NCBI GenBank assembly: GCA_000934665.2 | Contig: JYFJ02002790.1 | Location: 1-50,800, forward strand | Source of the DNA: Catajapyx aquilonaris | Lineage: Eukaryota | Reading direction: 5' to 3' | Length of the DNA: 50,800 nt | Shown here: piece by piece, positions 47,840 to 50,800 of the stretch | Layout: the number at the start of each line of letters is the position of its first letter | Position numbering within the stretch: the first letter of the stretch is position 1 | Program-made: the position numbers and the translations under genes | Notes under the pieces: generated by a model | The model's database searches: none | What the model was told of the DNA's origin: nothing | Seen by the model: only the letters and a program-made list of their open reading frames with translations

Positions 47840-49834
47840 TTACTTTGCATTAGAGCTTCCTATCTTTCCCCTGCACCTGGAAAAGTATTTCTCTGCAATA
47901 AAAAACACACTACTTATTGCTATTCCGGTGAGCCAAATCTGAAACATTCCTTTCAGTTTTGGCATCGTAAGAATTAAATCTGGATTCACATCATGATTGG
48001 TTTGCTTGCGAATTTCATTTAAACTGACAATAAAGTTAGTGACAAATTCGTCCCGGAGAAATTTAGCAACAAACCCTCCCGAATTCACATATCCAGCCCA
48101 TCTTTGAACCTGCATAATCAGTGGAGCCCCTTTAAATATTGCAGGTGAAAACGGTGACTGCAACACGGTTTCTGGTGCAAATTTGACTATGAAATTCCCC
48201 TCATCATCAACAAAATGATATAGCTCTCGAATGAGAAGCAGATCCACTCCTATGCAAGCAAAGTCTTCTGTCAGAGTTTTGTGTACACATTCTGCTCGAG
48301 ATGTATGCAATCGTGGTGTTTCCATAATTTTTATGAGGTATTTGATCCCAGATAATTTTGCACAGATTCGAATTAGTACAAATTCCAACATGCTCATGCC
48401 CCATTTGAAGGTAGAATTTAATAATTCCTGAAAGGTTTCGGGCAGAGGCTCTCGGGGAGGCCAGGTGAGGTAAGACACCAGTTTGGCTTTATATCCGCAA
48501 ACAACGACAATAGAGAAAAATGCGAAGCACAATGTAAATACACGGATAACCGATATTTTGGGTGGTAATACAGGCTGCTCGATTAAATATCGCATTATGT
48601 AATTTACAGAAAATGTGAAGGTCACTTTATGTTTCTTACCAATGCAGAAGATAACAGATGCTGATAGGAACATAGCTGCCAAGAGGGTCAGCCAAAATAA
48701 AGAGTCGTATGGTCTGACAATTACAGTCCAGCTGATTGTGCCCCTGGGTATTCGCGTGATAAATCTTTTCTGTGTGAATATCATAGCAGGGATTACAAAA
48801 ACAGCCTTGACTATTTCAGGGGTGTATCCCATTAATGCGATGACATCAGCTTTATTATTGAGTATCTCTCCAATCATCCCATCCCAAGATCCGTTTGGAT
48901 GCCTAAATTCTATGTCCGCGCTCTCAAGATTCTTCACATAGAAATCAAACCTGCATTGTAGTAAATCTTCTATGACGACCAACGCTCGCTCAAAGACTGT
49001 CAGATACATGTCTCCTCTCTGACTTCTTCTGATTCTTGCTCCCTCGATGTCCATTTCTTCATAAAAAACCAATCTGAGAGTGGCTCCGTTCAGATTGTAT
49101 GACTTCACTGCCTTATAAATTTCGTCGAAATAATACCTGCGAGTTGGATCAAAGTGACCCAACCGTGTAACCCCGTGTTGAGCTCCGGGCTTGCAGTATG
49201 CGCACAGTGTCGTCATTTCCAGCTTGCGATTGTCGGCAGACATGTGAGTGGCCATCTGACGGGTCATGGAGGAACCCGGAGGACTGATAACAGCCGTTTC
49301 GACTGATTCCTGACCTGACCTAAAGTGGATCAGGAACTTGTCCTCGTAATGTCGCACTCGCACTGAAGCTATGATGTTGACCAGTAGTTTCTTGAATTTG
49401 GAGGGTGATGAGACCAGAATCAAATGGAAATTGCAAAATGTCCCACCGGGCCAAACCTTGGACTGAAACTCTGGAGGCATTGTTCTGAGGTCCATCAACT
49501 CTTCCTCGTTCTTCAGCCACGTGTAGTCGCGGTAAGAATGAGTAAACTCGGTCTTTTTGAGTGTAATAAGTGGTAGGTAAAATTCACCTTGGCGCAGCAT
49601 CACTTTCTGCACTGGATCACTGAACTCGTGTTCGTCTGTTGATACAACCATACCGCAGTCACGTCCATACGGAGACTGAAACACCTCGAGTAAAAGTTGA
49701 CGAACCAAATCGTCGTCCACTACGGTTTTTTGCGCCAATGGAATTGAGTAATTTGTAAAGGCAGCAGCCGCGCATATAAATAGAAGTAAAGTTAGCGTCA
49801 AGTGCTTCATGCTGCTTGCCTCTCTATCAACCAT
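47840..49834 (-). CDS. Divergent ionotropic receptor (IR-C), intronless, 664 aa
   Basis: Single ORF with a signal peptide, PNGSWDGMIGEILNNKADV, VRPYDSLFW, LIEQP, GYKAKLVSYLTWP, PETFQELL, and LTMPKLKGMF before the last TM. Confidence 0.93.
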   Translation of the reverse strand: MVDREASSMKHLTLTLLLFICAAAAFTNYSIPLAQKTVVDDDLVRQLLLEVFQSPYGRDCGMVVSTDEHEFSDPVQKVMLRQGEFYLPLITLKKTEFTHSYRDYTWLKNEEELMDLRTMPPEFQSKVWPGGTFCNFHLILVSSPSKFKKLLVNIIASVRVRHYEDKFLIHFRSGQESVETAVISPPGSSMTRQMATHMSADNRKLEMTTLCAYCKPGAQHGVTRLGHFDPTRRYYFDEIYKAVKSYNLNGATLRLVFYEEMDIEGARIRRSQRGDMYLTVFERALVVIEDLLQCRFDFYVKNLESADIEFRHPNGSWDGMIGEILNNKADVIALMGYTPEIVKAVFVIPAMIFTQKRFITRIPRGTISWTVIVRPYDSLFWLTLLAAMFLSASVIFCIGKKHKVTFTFSVNYIMRYLIEQPVLPPKISVIRVFTLCFAFFSIVVVCGYKAKLVSYLTWPPREPLPETFQELLNSTFKWGMSMLEFVLIRICAKLSGIKYLIKIMETPRLHTSRAECVHKTLTEDFACIGVDLLLIRELYHFVDDEGNFIVKFAPETVLQSPFSPAIFKGAPLIMQVQRWAGYVNSGGFVAKFLRDEFVTNFIVSLNEIRKQTNHDVNPDLILTMPKLKGMFQIWLTGIAISSVFFIAEKYFSRCRGKIGSSNAK

Positions 49835-50630
49835 GTGGTGGCATAATATTCAGCCACTAAGGTACTGTACGTGTCTTGATAAACATGCTGCGCACCCCAT
49901 TCTCCACCATGGAGCAATTTCAAGCCAATTGTACTAATGGTATTGCTACTATTGTGTCAACACAATTAGCACAATTTGCTGATGGATTTGCTGTTACCAA
50001 TTTCGGTATTCATGTAGGTTCCAATTTACCATGAGACTGATGTGAGGATATGAGAAGTATTATATAGGGGGACGTTCTTGGGGACGTTTGTGTATTTTCA
50101 TAATAAATGTCCAATTTTCCACTCTGGGGCAATTGCAAGTCAAGCAATAATTTGGTATGAGAGCATTATTGTGTCAACGCAAGTGGCACAATATACTTAT
50201 GGATTTGTCAATCCCATTTCCGAAATGGGCGGACATGATGTGCAAGTTACAATTATAATCACACTCTCAATATGTTTATGACTATTATGAGGTATTCCGG
50301 GAATTTTTGTGTATCTGATTATTACGAGTATACACTCACGTAAGTTTTCTGGTAAAATATCAAAAACATTTGGTGTCCGCTCAAATTGCGACATAAATGT
50401 ATAAGCCATACGTATTTATTTTAAAAATTTAATTTTACCCCGTTAGAGAGAACAGTGCTCCTCTAGGGGGGGGGGGGGGGGGGGTGAGGAGGCACTACAA
50501 TTTTTCAATTTTTCTACGCGGTTTTTTCTTCAAACACCGTGTAGGGAAAAAAGGACATGAGTTAAGGATCAGGATTTCTGAGGAGGCGACATATTTATTT
50601 ATTTATTGGCTCTGTTCACAACAATGCAAG

Positions 50631-50800
50631 TAGGATGGGCACTAAATACTTGAATGTAATTAAATACTAAATACTAACTACTGCAAAAAAATGTAATTAA
50701 ATGCTAAATACTGCACAAGAAAGTAATTAGATACTAAATACTAAATACATCAAAAGTATTTAAATACTTTCGTAAATACATTTCAAATACATTTTTTGTT
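50631..50800. mobile_element. Probable end of a hAT-like element with AAATAC(T) subterminal repeats, truncated by the window edge
   Basis: Starts TAGGATGGGC and is followed by many AAATAC and GTAATT motifs. The second end is not visible. Confidence 0.45.

Noticed and set aside
1..50800. CRISPR arrays, operons, prokaryotic defence systems or rRNA
   Set aside because: No repeat-spacer array or rRNA-like sequence was seen, and the recognisable genes are spliced or otherwise eukaryotic.

Overview
This is eukaryotic, intron-containing arthropod (probably hexapod) DNA, not prokaryotic. Gene order: 3' end of a Tc1/mariner element with a nested tRNA-SINE; F-box/LRR gene (+); two divergent ionotropic receptor (IR) genes (-); a six-exon odorant-binding-protein (OBP)-like gene (-) that the ORF track misses; about 3.5 kb of orphan sequence with unassigned ORFs; Rab23 (+); a secreted Thr/Pro/Tyr-rich mucin-like gene (-); CYHR1/ZFTRAF1 (+), whose introns hold nested MITEs and a SINE; a 0.8-kb foldback element; a PSKH-like kinase (-); a C1GALT1/T-synthase-like gene (-); and a third, intronless IR (-). 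All exon models were built by hand from GT-AG boundaries and frame continuity. Family assignments rest on remembered motifs, not database searches. The best candidates for novelty are the co-oriented OBP-IR-IR micro-cluster, the non-shared intron positions of the three IRs, and the orphan ORF region at 9.4-12.9 kb. I found no clear evidence of a wholly new system.
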